Positions 1-13,149 of a stretch of DNA of 64,000 bases are shown piece by piece. The notes beneath the pieces are model-generated. The model was given only the letters and a program-made list of their open reading frames with translations. It had not been told where the DNA came from and did not search any database. The DNA comes from Eledone cirrhosa (Eukaryota): NCBI GenBank assembly GCA_964016885.1, contig OZ024742.1, positions 68,262,001-68,326,000 on the forward strand, given 5' to 3'. The position numbers and the translations under genes were made by a program. How positions within the stretch are numbered: position 1 is the first letter of the stretch; each line of letters starts with the position of its first letter.

Positions 1-429
1 TAGTTGGTTTGTTTACTCCGAAGGAATGTAAAATAAGTAAATCTTACTTATATATATATAATGATGCGTGTGGATGGAATTTAACAGACGTTGTGGACAA
101 AGACCGAACTTTGCTGGCGTAAACTTTGACGAATAAGGCCAATAACTAATGGCGAAATTATAAATGGTGAATGAATTTTGTTTAAAATATTATTGAAGCA
201 CAAAACAACCAATAGTTATTCACTAATACAAACCATTATAAAATACGAGATATCATCATATATCGTACGCATCGTGTGTCATTGTGTTAAACGTATATCG
301 TATCTCATTGCATACAATCAATGATTTTATTGCGAGAGTTAATCTCTTGTGAGAATACATTTTATCTTAACACCATAAAACAGAACACATTACGTTCTGA
401 GTCAGTAAAGATTTTGACAACACTGGAAT

Positions 430-462
430 TGATCTCTCTCTCTCTCTATCTATCTATCTCTA

Positions 463-495
<33 letters not shown>

Positions 496-536
496 CTCAC
501 TCTCTCTCTCTCTCTTTCACTCTCTCTCTCGCTCCC

Positions 537-583
<47 letters not shown>

Positions 584-603
584 AGATGCATATATATATA
601 TAT

Positions 604-664
<61 letters not shown>

Positions 665-807
665 ACAGACGAATGTCTGTGTGGGTGGGTGTGTTTAAAC
701 TCACATATGTAAAAAGTCGGCTATGATCTTCAGAATTAAAATTATTCTTTTATGCTAAAACATAAAACATGTGTGTGCATGCGCACGTGCGGATCAGTCT
801 GTTTATG

Positions 808-838
<31 letters not shown>

Positions 839-919
839 GAGTCTTTGTATGTATTATATATATATGCATATATGTATGTGTATGTAGTTATATATATATG
901 TGTGTGTATGTGTGTGTAC

Positions 920-959
<40 letters not shown>

Positions 960-1102
960 TTACATGCATAGAGTATATAGAGATGTATGCATCTGTACAT
1001 ACGCATGCATATAGTTTCATGTACATGTGAATCGCTGTCTGCACACACGTACACATGCATAAATTATACATCTCTCTCTCACACTCTCTCTCCCTTTACA
1101 TA

Positions 1103-1146
<44 letters not shown>

Positions 1147-1300
1147 TGTGTGTGTGTATGTGTGTGTGTCTCTGTGTGTCTATGTGTATGTGTGTATTGA
1201 GAGGGAAAGAAAGGAGAGAGATACATTGATACATGGATATATGTGTAGTAATATATGTGTATGTGTGAGTGTGTGTTTGTGTATGTGTGTATTCACATCA
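430..1300. repeat. Compound (CT)n/(TA)n/(TG)n microsatellite field
   Basis: Dinucleotide runs read directly; they produce the [12 protein letters not shown] pseudo-ORFs. Confidence 0.95.
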
Positions 1301-1496
1301 TAAGGGAGTGATGAAAAAAGTATGATGATGTATAAGAAGTGTTATAAAATTAGAAGGAAGAAATCGGTCTCTATAGAATAATGAAAGTGTCAGTTGAAGA
1401 GTCATGAAATATGTCAAAGTGAAAGTTTACTATTGACATTAGTACTTAGAGGTAACACTATCATCATAGATATGAGATAAATGTGTATCTGTGCTG

Positions 1497-1665
1497 TAGC
1501 GGTGAATTTGTAGCGTCTTAAAATGGTCGAATAGAACGCTTCGCGGTATCCGTTATATCTATCTCTGCTCTCAGTTCAAATGCCGTCGAGGTCAACCTCC
1601 TCTTTCATCAATCCGGGATCGATAAAATAATGTACCAGTCAAGTACTAGGGTCGATTTATTGAAC
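1497..1665 (+). mobile_element. Degraded tRNA-derived SINE (dominant family in this window)
   Basis: Box-B-like 'agttcaaatgcc' followed by 'gatcgataaaataatgtaccagtcaagtactagggtcgattt', matching better copies at 14935 and 17561. Confidence 0.7.
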
Positions 1666-2604
1666 TTTATTCAAATCAACAACCCTATACATATATGTAT
1701 GGTTTCTCTAGTTTAAACTGATGTAATCTCTTTCTCTCTATCTCTCGCTCTCTCTCCCCTCTCTCTCCCCCCTCTCTCTCTCCCCCCTCTCTCTCTCACC
1801 CCTCTCTCTCACCCCCTCTCTCTCTCCCACTCTCTCTCTCTCGTACACATATGTAGTTAGTCGAAAGTTGAATGTCACTAAAAGTCCTGCAGAAATAGTG
1901 CTCAAATTTGATTCCATCTCACTCAATGATGTTAAAAAATATCTAATTCATAAAACAAAGGATGATCAATTCCGTGATGCCTTTGAGCATAAATCTGTAC
2001 TTTTATAGAATAAAACAAACGTAGAACATTTGTTTCCAGTGGGACTGACTCTTCAAAAATGAACAGGTGAGACCAGTGTAGGGAAATTACTTGCAGATAT
2101 TGTTGATAAATAACTATAAAAATATAGTAGCAATTTCATTGTCATTTTCTCCTTTAAGAAATAGGGCGTGACGTTGCATGTCTCCATAACTTGGGATAGA
2201 TAATTCTAGAGTGAGTGAAAAGTAGGCAAAGAGAGAATTAAAGGAACTACAGCATTCAGGGAAAATATATAGCATCTACACGCGCCACTATTTTACGGTA
2301 ACAGCCAGAATATCGTAAAGAGTGACCAATTTGTTTCTTTAGAAACACCGTAAAGTCTTTTTAACCAAGGTATTGATAAAATAGGTAGGATCCCGAAAGG
2401 GGAATTTACGATGTTCATGTTGTGAGAGGGGTGCGCAATTGAATTTATTACCGACAGTGGTTGAGGCGACTTTGTCTGCAATGATACTCTTTATATAGCC
2501 ATATTTAGTGAGAAGGGTTAGATAAAAGGTATCTGCAATGCACCATCAAAACCGGCAGCTCGTTAGATCAGATTGATCAAAAGGTATAGAGATGAATAGA
2601 TGAC

Positions 2605-2724
<120 letters not shown>

Positions 2725-2799
2725 ATTTCCTGATTGGGAGATTACCAGAGTTACAAAAAGGGACTCAATATGATAGTAGAGTGTAGGCATCTTTATTTC

Positions 2800-2873
2800 A
2801 TTATAGAAATGACTTTAACACAACTAGTACTGTTTCATTCGTAAGAAATCATCAGAAAAGTTGTTTCTATAAT
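2800..2873 (-). ncRNA. Type I hammerhead ribozyme motif
   Basis: Minus strand reads attatagaaacaactttt-CTGATGA-tttcttacgaat-GAAACA-gtactagttg-TGTT-aaagtcatttctataat. Core, stem III (ACA/TGT) and a long interrupted stem I are present. Confidence 0.75.
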
Positions 2874-2891
2874 AACATAAATAAACAAATA

Positions 2892-2990
<99 letters not shown>

Positions 2991-3141
2991 GTGATTGTGT
3001 GTGTGTCTATTTCAACCGAGGAGCTAACTACATTGATAGATATATGAATGCGTACATACATCCTAAACTGTGGTTGCGTGGGTATACGAATAGATGCATT
3101 GGTAAAGCTATACAAATTATATACATATGATTATATATATA

Positions 3142-3188
<47 letters not shown>

Positions 3189-3817
3189 TTACAAGGTAGA
3201 CTGAAACATAATACATATAATATTCTCTAGTCGCGTGAAAATCTGACGACAAGTCTGTTAATCTAATATCCGAAATATATGAGAAGAGGCAGTGTCAGTG
3301 GCTTTAATAAAATGACACTAATTGTTTTAAACACAACGCAATCGTAATAAATGTCTTCTTTGTCAGGCTTAGATGGAATGGTAGCAAATATATGATGGAC
3401 ACAACAACGTCAAAATAATACAACTACATTTGTGGCTTAAAGTTCTTATTAGTATTGAAGGTTTCAAATGTGCTCTAGGGTATTCTTAGTAAATGCAATT
3501 TCGTCAACCGTGTTGATATTATCTCAGAAATGTATCGATCTGTTCTCGACTATTTCTGATATACGTAATCCTCTAACATTCAGATATGTTGGTGAATTAT
3601 CAGAATATATTTTAAAAGCGTTACCAATAAAAACTTTTATGAATTATGTCGTTAATTTGGGGTTATATGAATATAATATATATATATATATTTGCGTGTG
3701 TGTCTCTGTGTGTGTGTGTGCATGTGTGTGCGTGTGCATGTGTGTGTATGTATGTATGTATATGATCAGGGAACTGATAATCTCAACATCAAAACTGCAT
3801 ATGTTTTTACACACGCA

Positions 3818-3852
<35 letters not shown>

Positions 3853-3856
<4 letters not shown>

Positions 3857-3960
3857 GCTGACTGGTCAGGTAGTCAGCTAGCCTGGTGGCATGTGGGCCC
3901 CTCGGTGGCCTACGGTAGTACTTTAGGGGCCAATGCAAAACCTTTGCTTTCAAAGAAAAT
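3853..3960 (+). mobile_element. DNA-transposon (hAT-like) terminal fragment
   Basis: 'tagtggctgactggtcagg...ggggccaatgc' resembles the reverse complement of 55830-55960, which ends in a CAGTGGCGGACTGGCC-type terminus. Confidence 0.45.
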
Positions 3961-4101
3961 ATGACAAGTCCCAGAGAAAGAATAAAAAATTAAGAACAAA
4001 ACAAATAAAACAATTAAGTCTGGTAAGGTTGACTCTTACATGAGATCGAATGTAAATACATACATACATACATATATATATATAGAGAGAGAGAGGGGGA
4101 G

Positions 4102-4245
<144 letters not shown>

Positions 4246-4305
4246 AGAAAGAGAGAAGGTAATATCCGAATTTGGTAGAAGTAGTAACACAAGAGTTAGT
4301 TCACC

Positions 4306-4349
4306 ATACCGAAAACAATTGTTTCACCTTAGCGGATCTTCAGCTCGTA

Positions 4350-4350
<1 letters not shown>
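4306..4350 (-). ncRNA. Minimal hammerhead ribozyme motif
   Basis: Minus strand reads gtacgag-CTGAAGA-tccgctaaggt-GAAAC-aatt-GTT-ttcggtat. Stem III is the palindrome ACAATTGT; stem I is imperfect. Confidence 0.65.
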
Positions 4351-4426
<76 letters not shown>

Positions 4427-4550
4427 TAAAATAACAAATTAAAGTTTAGGCAAAGAATCGCTGCTTTCACCCTTAACGGGATCTTCTGAAACTCTATATA
4501 TTTTCCTTATCGAGCCCTCTTTGGATTTTAGTCTTCAATTTTATTATTAT

Positions 4551-4618
<68 letters not shown>

Positions 4619-4636
4619 AAAGTACGAAGCCGAATT

Positions 4637-4998
4637 TTATAAAGATAGCTTATGAAGATAGCTTATGAAGATAGCTTATGAAGATAGCTTATGAAGATAG
4701 CTTATGAAGATAGCTTATGAAGATAGCTTATGAAGATAGCTTATAAAGATAGCTTATGAAGATAGCTTATGAAGATAGCTTATAAAGATAGCTTATGAAG
4801 ATAGCTTATGAAGATAGCTTATGAAGATAGCTTATGAAGATAGCTTATGAAGATAGCTTATGAAGATAGCTTATAAAGATAGCTTATGAAGATAGCTTAT
4901 GAAGATAGCTTATGAAGATAGCTTATGAAGATAGCTTATGAAGATAGCTTATGAAGATAGCTTATAAAGATAGCTTATAAAGATAGCTTATGAAGATA
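4637..4998 (+). repeat. 13-bp minisatellite (GAAGATAGCTTAT)n, about 27-28 copies
   Basis: Near-perfect tandem copies with an occasional G>A variant and no spacers. Confidence 0.95.
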
Positions 4999-5246
4999 CC
5001 ACATAAAATAGGTTGGAAGCCATTAAAAGATAAAAGACGGCTAAAGCATTTGCCAATGACTGCTATGAGGAATTGAAATCCACATCTTCCAGATAGCGGC
5101 TAGAAAATATCCAGAAGATATGGGGTTCAGTTCCTCATAGCAGTCGTTGGCAAATTCTTTTTCCTTCCTTTCAGGATCTTCAGCCTATTTTATAAGCTGA
5201 CTTTATAGCATAGTTCTGCGCTTGGATACTTTTTTATACTTATATA

Positions 5247-6653
5247 TCTATATATATAAAACACAGGATGTCTGCCTGTCTGTCTGTCTGTGTGCCTGTC
5301 TGTGTAAATCCCTATAACTCGAGAAGTACCCGACTAATTGTTTTCAAACTTTACACATGCGTTACTTATATTTCTTGAAGTACAATGAGCTACAAAAGTT
5401 TTAACCTTTTCTGCCCTAGGGGCCGCATTAGGCGAAAAACCACATTTTTTAGGCATTTGGGGGCTTTTTTGAGGCGTAACTTAAAGATAATCTAGCCGAT
5501 TTCCTCGAAATTTGTAGCACACATTAGTTAGTCCTCTCGCATTGCTGTGGACGAAGAAAGTTTCCGATTCCATTAATGGTTTCTAGGAAATTTACGAATT
5601 AGCATTGGGCATTACATGCCATTTTCATTTTCAATATAAACGCTACTTAAACATCGTAAGTAGCGTATAATATTTAAAAGTTTGGTTTATTTAACAAAAG
5701 ACACAACACTTTTAAGCAGGACCATTTTCGGGGGATTGAGGAAATGAGGAGGACCTTAAAATTTTTGTCGGCGCCCTGTTGACGCTTGGTGCTTTCATCA
5801 CGCGCAAATCCGGGCCCTGTGTACGTTGCCGTGTTATTGACACCGTAAAACTCACGTCTGTGCTACTTCTACTAAGACCCCCTTTTGTTGCACCTACACC
5901 GCAGTATGAACGCCATGCACAAGTACGCCGAACAGCGGTTGTGCTAATTCCGCAGTGACCCCTTTTGTCACACCTTTGTTGCTGTGTAAACACAGTGCAA
6001 CCAGTGCCGCCCAGCGTTTGTGCTAATTTTACTATGACCCCTTCTGCTGTAGCTGCGTTGCCATGCTGATTTCGTCATCTCAATATCCCTACTTAAACGT
6101 ACATCCCTACTTGGTTTTCACACAATTGACTACGTCCCTCTTTCAGACTGACGGGTGTTCCCCATCCGTGACGTAATTCATGACACTGCTACTATTGGTA
6201 TCCCTGATCCAGATCAATCCTCCACTCATTCCTCAGAAAGTTGGTACGTACACTATACTTTCTTCACCAGTTTTAAGCAATTGCATTGACTACGACGCCT
6301 TTCAATAGCCTAGCACTTGCGGCGTTGTATACGTTGTGGAGCATTAATTCTACCTACTTTGCCAGTTACAGTGAGAATCTATAAAACTCGAAAAGTACCT
6401 AACCGATTTTCTCCAGATGGAAGAAAAATCATACTCTAAGATTTAGTACGCTTAAAGAGTATCCAGCTGATTTTCTTCAGATTTTGCACATGCATGAAGA
6501 TGTTTCCCGATTCGGGCCTGTTGGTGTTCTACGATTCCAGTAGATGAACAATCATTCCGTGAGAATAAGGGAATTCAAAAAGTACACAGCTACATTCCTC
6601 AATCTTTACATATGCGTGTTGCTACCCCGTGCAACGCCGGGTCCTGCTGCTAG
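5247..6653 (+). mobile_element. Non-autonomous Helitron
   Basis: 5' A|TCTATATATATAAAA followed by (TGTC)n; 3' GC hairpin 'cccgtgcaacgccggg' then CTAG|T at 6650-6653; no TSD. Confidence 0.8.
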
Positions 6654-6859
6654 TATATATATATATATATAATTAGTTGTTTGTAGGGGAAATTAGTAGT
6701 GTTTGATAAATGATATTTAATGAAAGCAGGAAAGACGATAATGGTTTCAAAGAAGAATGTTTAGAATATGAGTTTAAAAACTGATTGTTTTTTTTTGTTT
6801 TTTGTTTTTTGTCAACCCAGGAAGGACGACCAAAATACGCATATATGTGCATTTATATG

Positions 6860-7830
6860 GGTGTTTTGTGTGTGCTTGCGGAATGTGTTATGGGATAGAT
6901 CCTATTGGGAGGAATGATTTTCTTCTTGAAGCATAGGCTAAATGTTATATATGGATGGCACAGGTGTATGCACCAAACAGAAATTCCGAATACAGATCCT
7001 TCCTCGATGAAGTCACTGCAGTGTTTGATGTAGTAAATACTGAATCATATATCATAACGGGCGACATTAACGCACATATTGGCACCGACCACCTGAATAG
7101 GAAAGAAAGGATTGGAAGGAACGGGGACCCCGATCTGAATGCAAACGGAGAGGCCCTATCAGACTTCTGTTCTAGTGATGGGCTTTCTATTATGAACATA
7201 TATATTTTCCAGCAGAAAGATTTATATAAGTATATATGGTATGAGGGAAATTGGTGACAGAATTCAGTAATTGATTTGCTTATTGTCTCTGACCACTTAT
7301 ATTCTATCCTTGATAGTCGTGTGAAAAAAAAGTGCTGAGTTGACTACCGAAAATTGAGAAAACAAGCAAAATTGGCAGGTACAGTTCGATCTACAGGATA
7401 GTGGGTAACATTGAATGATGAGTAGATAATATTACAGCCAAATGTCCTTGAACAAACCAATGAAATGGAGTGGCGTCAATTCAGCTAGGCAGTTTCTGTT
7501 TTACCTGTTAAATACAGCGGGGGTGAGTCTGAGTATGGCATTGCATGGCAGGGAGGGTGAGTCTGAGTATGGCACTGCATGGCAGGGAGGGTGAGTCTGA
7601 GTATAGCACTGCATGGCAGGGAGACACACTGGCCCAACGAGATTAAAGCTGCATCTGTGCAAAGAAGGAACAATACAAAACAGAGTTTGAAAAGACATTT
7701 TCTATCTTAGAGTCGCGGTTGAAGTAGGTGGGAAAGGTCGCAGCAGAAACAGTATATGGATCTAAGGTTAAAATATTGGAGGACTTTGGAGTTAATCTGG
7801 AATCCGACTTTCGATCAGCAAATAGACCAT
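6860..7830 (+). pseudogene. Decayed LINE (RTE-like) APE endonuclease region
   Basis: ORF 6955-7257 contains VYAP, ITGDINAHIG and NANGEAL, which are APE motifs of RTE-type ORFs; stops and frameshifts follow. Confidence 0.7.
7521..7623 (+). repeat. 34-bp tandem repeat, 3 copies
   Basis: ggtgagtctgagtatggcaytgcatggcagggag repeated three times. Confidence 0.9.
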
Positions 7831-8114
7831 CCACCGATTTCGTAACGAGACGTCCTTCTCCATGCGTGATACCAAGAACATACCGGTGGTTTGTCTCTCT
7901 TCAGAAAAGTGTATATAGAGATTTTGAAGTAATGTTACTCGATAGTGCGCTTAGTTCGGAGAGCAGGATCTTTCTCAAGGTATAGCCGCTACTTCTTCGA
8001 ATTAAAGGAAAGAAAACCAGAGATTGACAATGGGCAAGATGGTTGGATAGTATCCATAAGCTCGTTAGTTCGGGCTTTGGAATCCAACAGGATCCTTCAG
8101 AGATGGCTGCTTCT

Positions 8115-8450
8115 GAAAGACCCTCACGAATGCGTTTCCGAGAGCCCCGCCCTCACCAGAAGATGAAATTGAAAGAAGATGAAATTGAAAATGCAACTGG
8201 AGTCTAATTTTTTATATATATATTTATTTGGTTCCTTTACTGGTTTCGCAGTTCTTCTGCTTTTCAAAAGTAGAATTGAGATGGAGGGTCTGTGGTTTTT
8301 CTCACGATGTGAGAGAAAACACAGACCAATTCTACTTTTGAAAAGCAGAAGAACTGCGAAACCGGTAAAGGAACCAAATAAATATATATATATTTTTTTT
8401 AAATAAGACTCCAGTTGCATTTTCGATTTCATCTTCTTTCCTTATGTATA

Positions 8451-8491
<41 letters not shown>

Positions 8492-8572
8492 CGCTCTCAC
8501 TCATATATATAATCTTTTCGGGAGTGTGGTGGGGGCGGGGGGCTCTCGAAAACGCATTCGTGAGGGTCTTTC
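8115..8572. repeat. Fold-back palindrome carrying two HHR-like motifs (probable inverted PLE pseudo-LTRs)
   Basis: 8172-8300 is the reverse complement of 8310-8440, and 8115-8151 pairs with 8533-8572. One arm reads TTGAAAA-gcag-aagaa-ctgc-GAAAC-cg-GTA. Confidence 0.85.
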
Positions 8573-8632
8573 TAATATATATCTATATCTATATATATAT
8601 ATATATATATATAATCAGACACACGCCTTCAC

Positions 8633-8661
<29 letters not shown>

Positions 8662-8666
<5 letters not shown>

Positions 8667-8856
8667 TTAGAGAACTGGATTCGCAATCGTTGGTTCGCTT
8701 CCTGGACCGGGCGATGCGTTATGTCCTTGAGCAAGACACGTAATTTCACGTTGCTCCTTCTACTTGGAGTTGCGACCGATAGATAGTATTAGCAATTGGA
8801 AAGATCAACGAAAACATTGTTTCCTCGGTCCGATTTGACGAAAGTCGATCGACCTT
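8662..8856 (+). mobile_element. tRNA-derived SINE, second family
   Basis: tRNA-like head 'tggttagagaactggattcgcaatcg..ggttcg' and body 'tgtccttgagcaagacac'; an inverted sister copy lies at 46235-46428. Confidence 0.8.
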
Positions 8857-9591
8857 TAAAAAAAATAGAGAGAGAGAGAGAGGGAGAGAGAGAGAGAGAT
8901 AGGGGTGGAGGGGAGAGAGAGAGAGAGAGAGAGACATTATCTGTGCCTTTCAATCTGAACAACACTTCTGCCATACAACAAACCACAGCTGAATCACTTG
9001 CAATACTCTTTGTTATACACATTCTACATATATTCTCTATGAAGCACTCTATGATATATTTTCTGCTGTCAACTTATACAGATATTCACTATATTGATCC
9101 AAACGATAGAAATAAACTGTTTATTCCTGAAAGTTTTATTCCTTCATTGATTTATTTCCAATGCTGTTCTGTGCTGTGCAAATTGGAATAACTTGGAATA
9201 TTCCAGTTTTCTAACCAATAAAATCTAACGTTGATATAAAAGACAAATTGCGATGTACAAATGGAATACATTACAGATTTAGATAAAAACCCCGAAGGGA
9301 TCAACCTAGGCATTATATGTTTATTATCGTCTCTTGATGTAGGCCATTTTTCTACTTTTTTCACCATTTTTGTTCTATTTTGTTCAGTATGAGAATTGTG
9401 TTTAAAACGTGAAGGTTATTGGAGTTGATTGCGTTTTGTGGTTATTTACGATATTTTTCTAGCTCTGAGAGCTTTAAGCCATGGGGAAATGTTTTGAAAT
9501 GAAATAAAAATTCTCACATCATCCCTCTAACTAATTGACACAAACATGTATACATGCATACACTTAGAGACATGTACGTACAAACATTACT

Positions 9592-9623
<32 letters not shown>

Positions 9624-9969
9624 AATAGACATTACACACATGTTACAGACATTACATATACAAACATATATAAACACACGTACACAAATATACATACATA
9701 TATAAACAGACATTCCACACATATTATAGACATTACATACACAAACATATATAAACACACATACAAAACACAAATATACACACACATATAGACACATACA
9801 TGTTCATATGCGTGAGAGATAATTAATCAATAAAAACTTTTAAAACACACAAATAGAAATATATATGAATACAGATTTATACCTTACAGACACAAATACA
9901 TATACATGCACATAGTTACAAACGCATATATATGTCTATATATATATATATATATATGTGTGTGTATAT

Positions 9970-10066
<97 letters not shown>

Positions 10067-10069
10067 TGT

Positions 10070-10186
10070 ATAGGAAAAAGTATGATCCCGGCGGCAGAGC
10101 TCAAGGCTATTTCTGGACTGAATTTAGTCCAGAAATAGCCGTCGAAACGGCTTGTGCTCTGCCGTCGGGGTCATACTTTTTCCTAT
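10070..10186. repeat. Branched GC-rich hairpin/palindrome
   Basis: ataggaaaaagtatgatcccggcggcagagc pairs with gctctgccgtcggggtcatactttttcctat; inner stem gctatttctggact/agtccagaaatagc. Confidence 0.9.
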
Positions 10187-10262
10187 TTCCCACTCTACTA
10201 TCCTAAGTATTAAGTACTCTGGTGCGTTATGGTCCATCTGGTTCCTTACTATAATTCCTTTG

Positions 10263-10323
<61 letters not shown>

Positions 10324-10519
10324 TTATATAAATTCAGTGAGAATCGTATTTCGGCTGGTAGAAAAAGCGAAACGAAACGCAAAATCGTAGAAATGCTGGC
10401 ATATATATATATGTGTATGTATGTATATATATATATGTATATGTATGTATGTATATATGTATGTATATATATATGTGTATGTATGTATATATATATATGT
10501 ATATATATGTATATGTATG

Positions 10520-10555
<36 letters not shown>

Positions 10556-10622
10556 AACATATACATATACATATACATATATATGTGTGTGTGTGTGCAT
10601 GCAATTGTTATTAATGGTACCT

Positions 10623-10696
<74 letters not shown>

Positions 10697-10859
10697 CATA
10701 TTATGTATATTACTGAATATAAAAAAATTCTTCTAAGCGACTTCCATTATCAAATTAGTATACATCTGAGTGGATAAGCTAAGATTGTTTACTTTCTCTC
10801 GCCTCTCGAAAGGGTTATAAATGTATTAATAACAATTTAATTAATCTTTGTGCAGATGA

Positions 10860-11650
10860 CAATCCCCTCTCACATATCTGATATCAACCACGCCCTTCGC
10901 CTCTTCCATTTCATCTTTCCTCCAACACTTCCTCGACATTTGCCCCTCCACTCAAACCTCCACCTCTACCCTCGCCCATATTGCCGAGCTTGTCCTCACC
11001 CTCAACTGCTTTTCCTTCTCCGGCGAATTCTACCAACAGGTAACCGGGGAGGGGTGTCCATGGACACAACAATGGGCTCCAGCTACGTCAACCTAATCGT
11101 CGGCTACGTTCAGGCCTAAATCTTTGCCTAATACACTGGCCCCATCCCTGAACTATACGGTCGTTATATTGACGACTGCATCGGGCTTATCATTCACCCG
11201 TGAACAGCTCGACTCCTTTATCATTTTCCACCCCACACTCGACTTAACCACTTCTATCTCCATCATCTCCATTAACCTGGACATCTCCGTTTCCATTGGC
11301 CTCTCGCATCGTTCCCTCACCCCCTTTGTCTTCTTCAAACCCACCGACTCCCATTCCTACCTCGACACATACCAAACCCACCATCCCCTCATCTCAATTC
11401 CTCGCCTCCACCGCCTATGCAGTTGAACTCATGATTTGGAGGCTCAGGCCTATTACATGGCGGTTAGACTCTTCACTCTTTGAGGTTTCTCACACTCCCT
11501 GGTCCACACCTCTCTTACCCTCGCCTGTGAAGTCAATCACATGACTGCCCTCACTCCACGCCCTCGTCCCTCCACCAAGCGATTCCTATTCATCCTTACC
11601 TACCACCCCTCCAGAGGACGGTCCTCAGGCTCTTCACCGCCTCCAATTTT
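10860..11650 (+). pseudogene. Decayed Penelope-like RT fragment (different subgroup from the Naiad-like copies)
   Basis: GVSMDTTMGSSYVNLIVGY (the GxAMGxxMGPxYANL motif), RYIDD, KPTDSHSYL and LTYHP spread across frames. Confidence 0.75.
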
Positions 11651-11669
11651 AGGCAATGTTCTTTTTTCG

Positions 11670-12030
11670 AAGGACCCCTGTCAGTTTCCAAGATGAGTGA
11701 TCCGGTTATTCGATCAACGGAACAGCCTACTCATAAAAGCTCATGAAATTAACAGGTATGTCGCTGAATATTCCACAAACACGTGTAAATTTAACGTAAT
11801 TTTCAGAGAGATTTAACGTGACAGTGTGTGGCAAGGATGGCCGTTTGAATTACAAGTACTGTCACTCCGATAGGCTTCGAAATAGATTCAGTCTACCCAC
11901 TTCTAACCACAAGGCATGGGTCAACTCAAGGCTTTCGTAAATGACACTTACTAAAGCCTCTTAGGAGTGGGATCGAACCATTCACCTAATTATTGGGGGC
12001 GAACCATTAGCCATTCGACCATGCGGCATC
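11670..12030. mobile_element. SINE/interspersed repeat remnants
   Basis: Reverse box-B 'gggatcgaacc' near 11970, plus a body ('gatcaacggaacagcct...cgtgacagtgtgtggcaagg') that I recall as an abundant octopus repeat; not verified. Confidence 0.5.
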
Positions 12031-13149
12031 CACTTCTTATTTAGGAGGTGGCTGTCAGTACAATTTACAACCCCATAAATTTATTTAGTCTTGTTTGAGA
12101 TGTGAATACTTTGTTAATTTTTATAAATTTTCTAATTGTTCTTAATAGTAGTATTTTGCAATGATAATGTATTAGCGTAAATATATACATATATCTATAG
12201 TTGCTTCTCTTTGCTATTGAGTTGACAAAAGCATTTATGAAAAAATTCATATATATAATATATGTGTGCGCGCGTACATGTGTCTGGAAGCGTATATGGA
12301 TGGATGTATTTGTATATCTATATGGTCTTCGTGTAGCAATGAACTGCTATATCATGTGTTACGCCAGCAGTTGCTACATAATCTTATTGATTATTATTAT
12401 TATTATTAACCCCCTCGGCAGAGGCAACAACATGTATGACATCAACAAAAATTAAAAGAACATCAAACGCAAGTAACAGCAGCAACACTAACGAAGAGAA
12501 TAATAACAGTAACGAAGAACATTATTTTAGTGACAACTGTGATAAATCATGATGCATTAGAGAACTCTTTTGTCATTAGAATGGGAATCAGCGCGATAAC
12601 TTGGTTCTATTTCATTAGCTCACCTCTTCCTACCATCACACTCTTTTCTACATTTGATATCCTCCGCTGTTATCATGTGTTCATTTCCTGGTGTCATGAT
12701 AGGTTCAGGATAGGTATGTGCAAATGTAAGTATATGTGTATGTGTGGGTCGTTGTATGCATTATGTGTTTTCGATATACTTTTTTTAATATTTATAGTTG
12801 TTTGTAGCTTTGTGATGTTCACCATTCATGAACGCGTGTATCGATGCATGCATTACTGTCTATATATATATATGCAGGACCGAATTTAGACCCTGGAGGG
12901 CCGAGGCACTTTAGATTTGGAGGGTGGGAACTCATACGCAAATCTAACCATCCTCATTTTACGTCCACTTTCCACACTAGCATGTGTTGGATAGTTTGTC
13001 GTAGTCCAAGATCAGATATATCGGAGCGACCTTATCTTGCTCATACATTACATATTTGGAACAGTTTCTCTTGCTGGTTGCCCTTTCTAACATAACTACT
13101 TTATTGTGTTTACTGGGTACGTTGTTTTTTATGATGCCAGCACAACGAC

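Noticed and set aside
4637-4998. Possible CRISPR array
   Set aside because: Contiguous 13-bp units with no spacers, no cas genes and a eukaryotic context.
7521-7623. 34-bp repeats as CRISPR repeats
   Set aside because: They are directly adjacent tandem copies without spacers.
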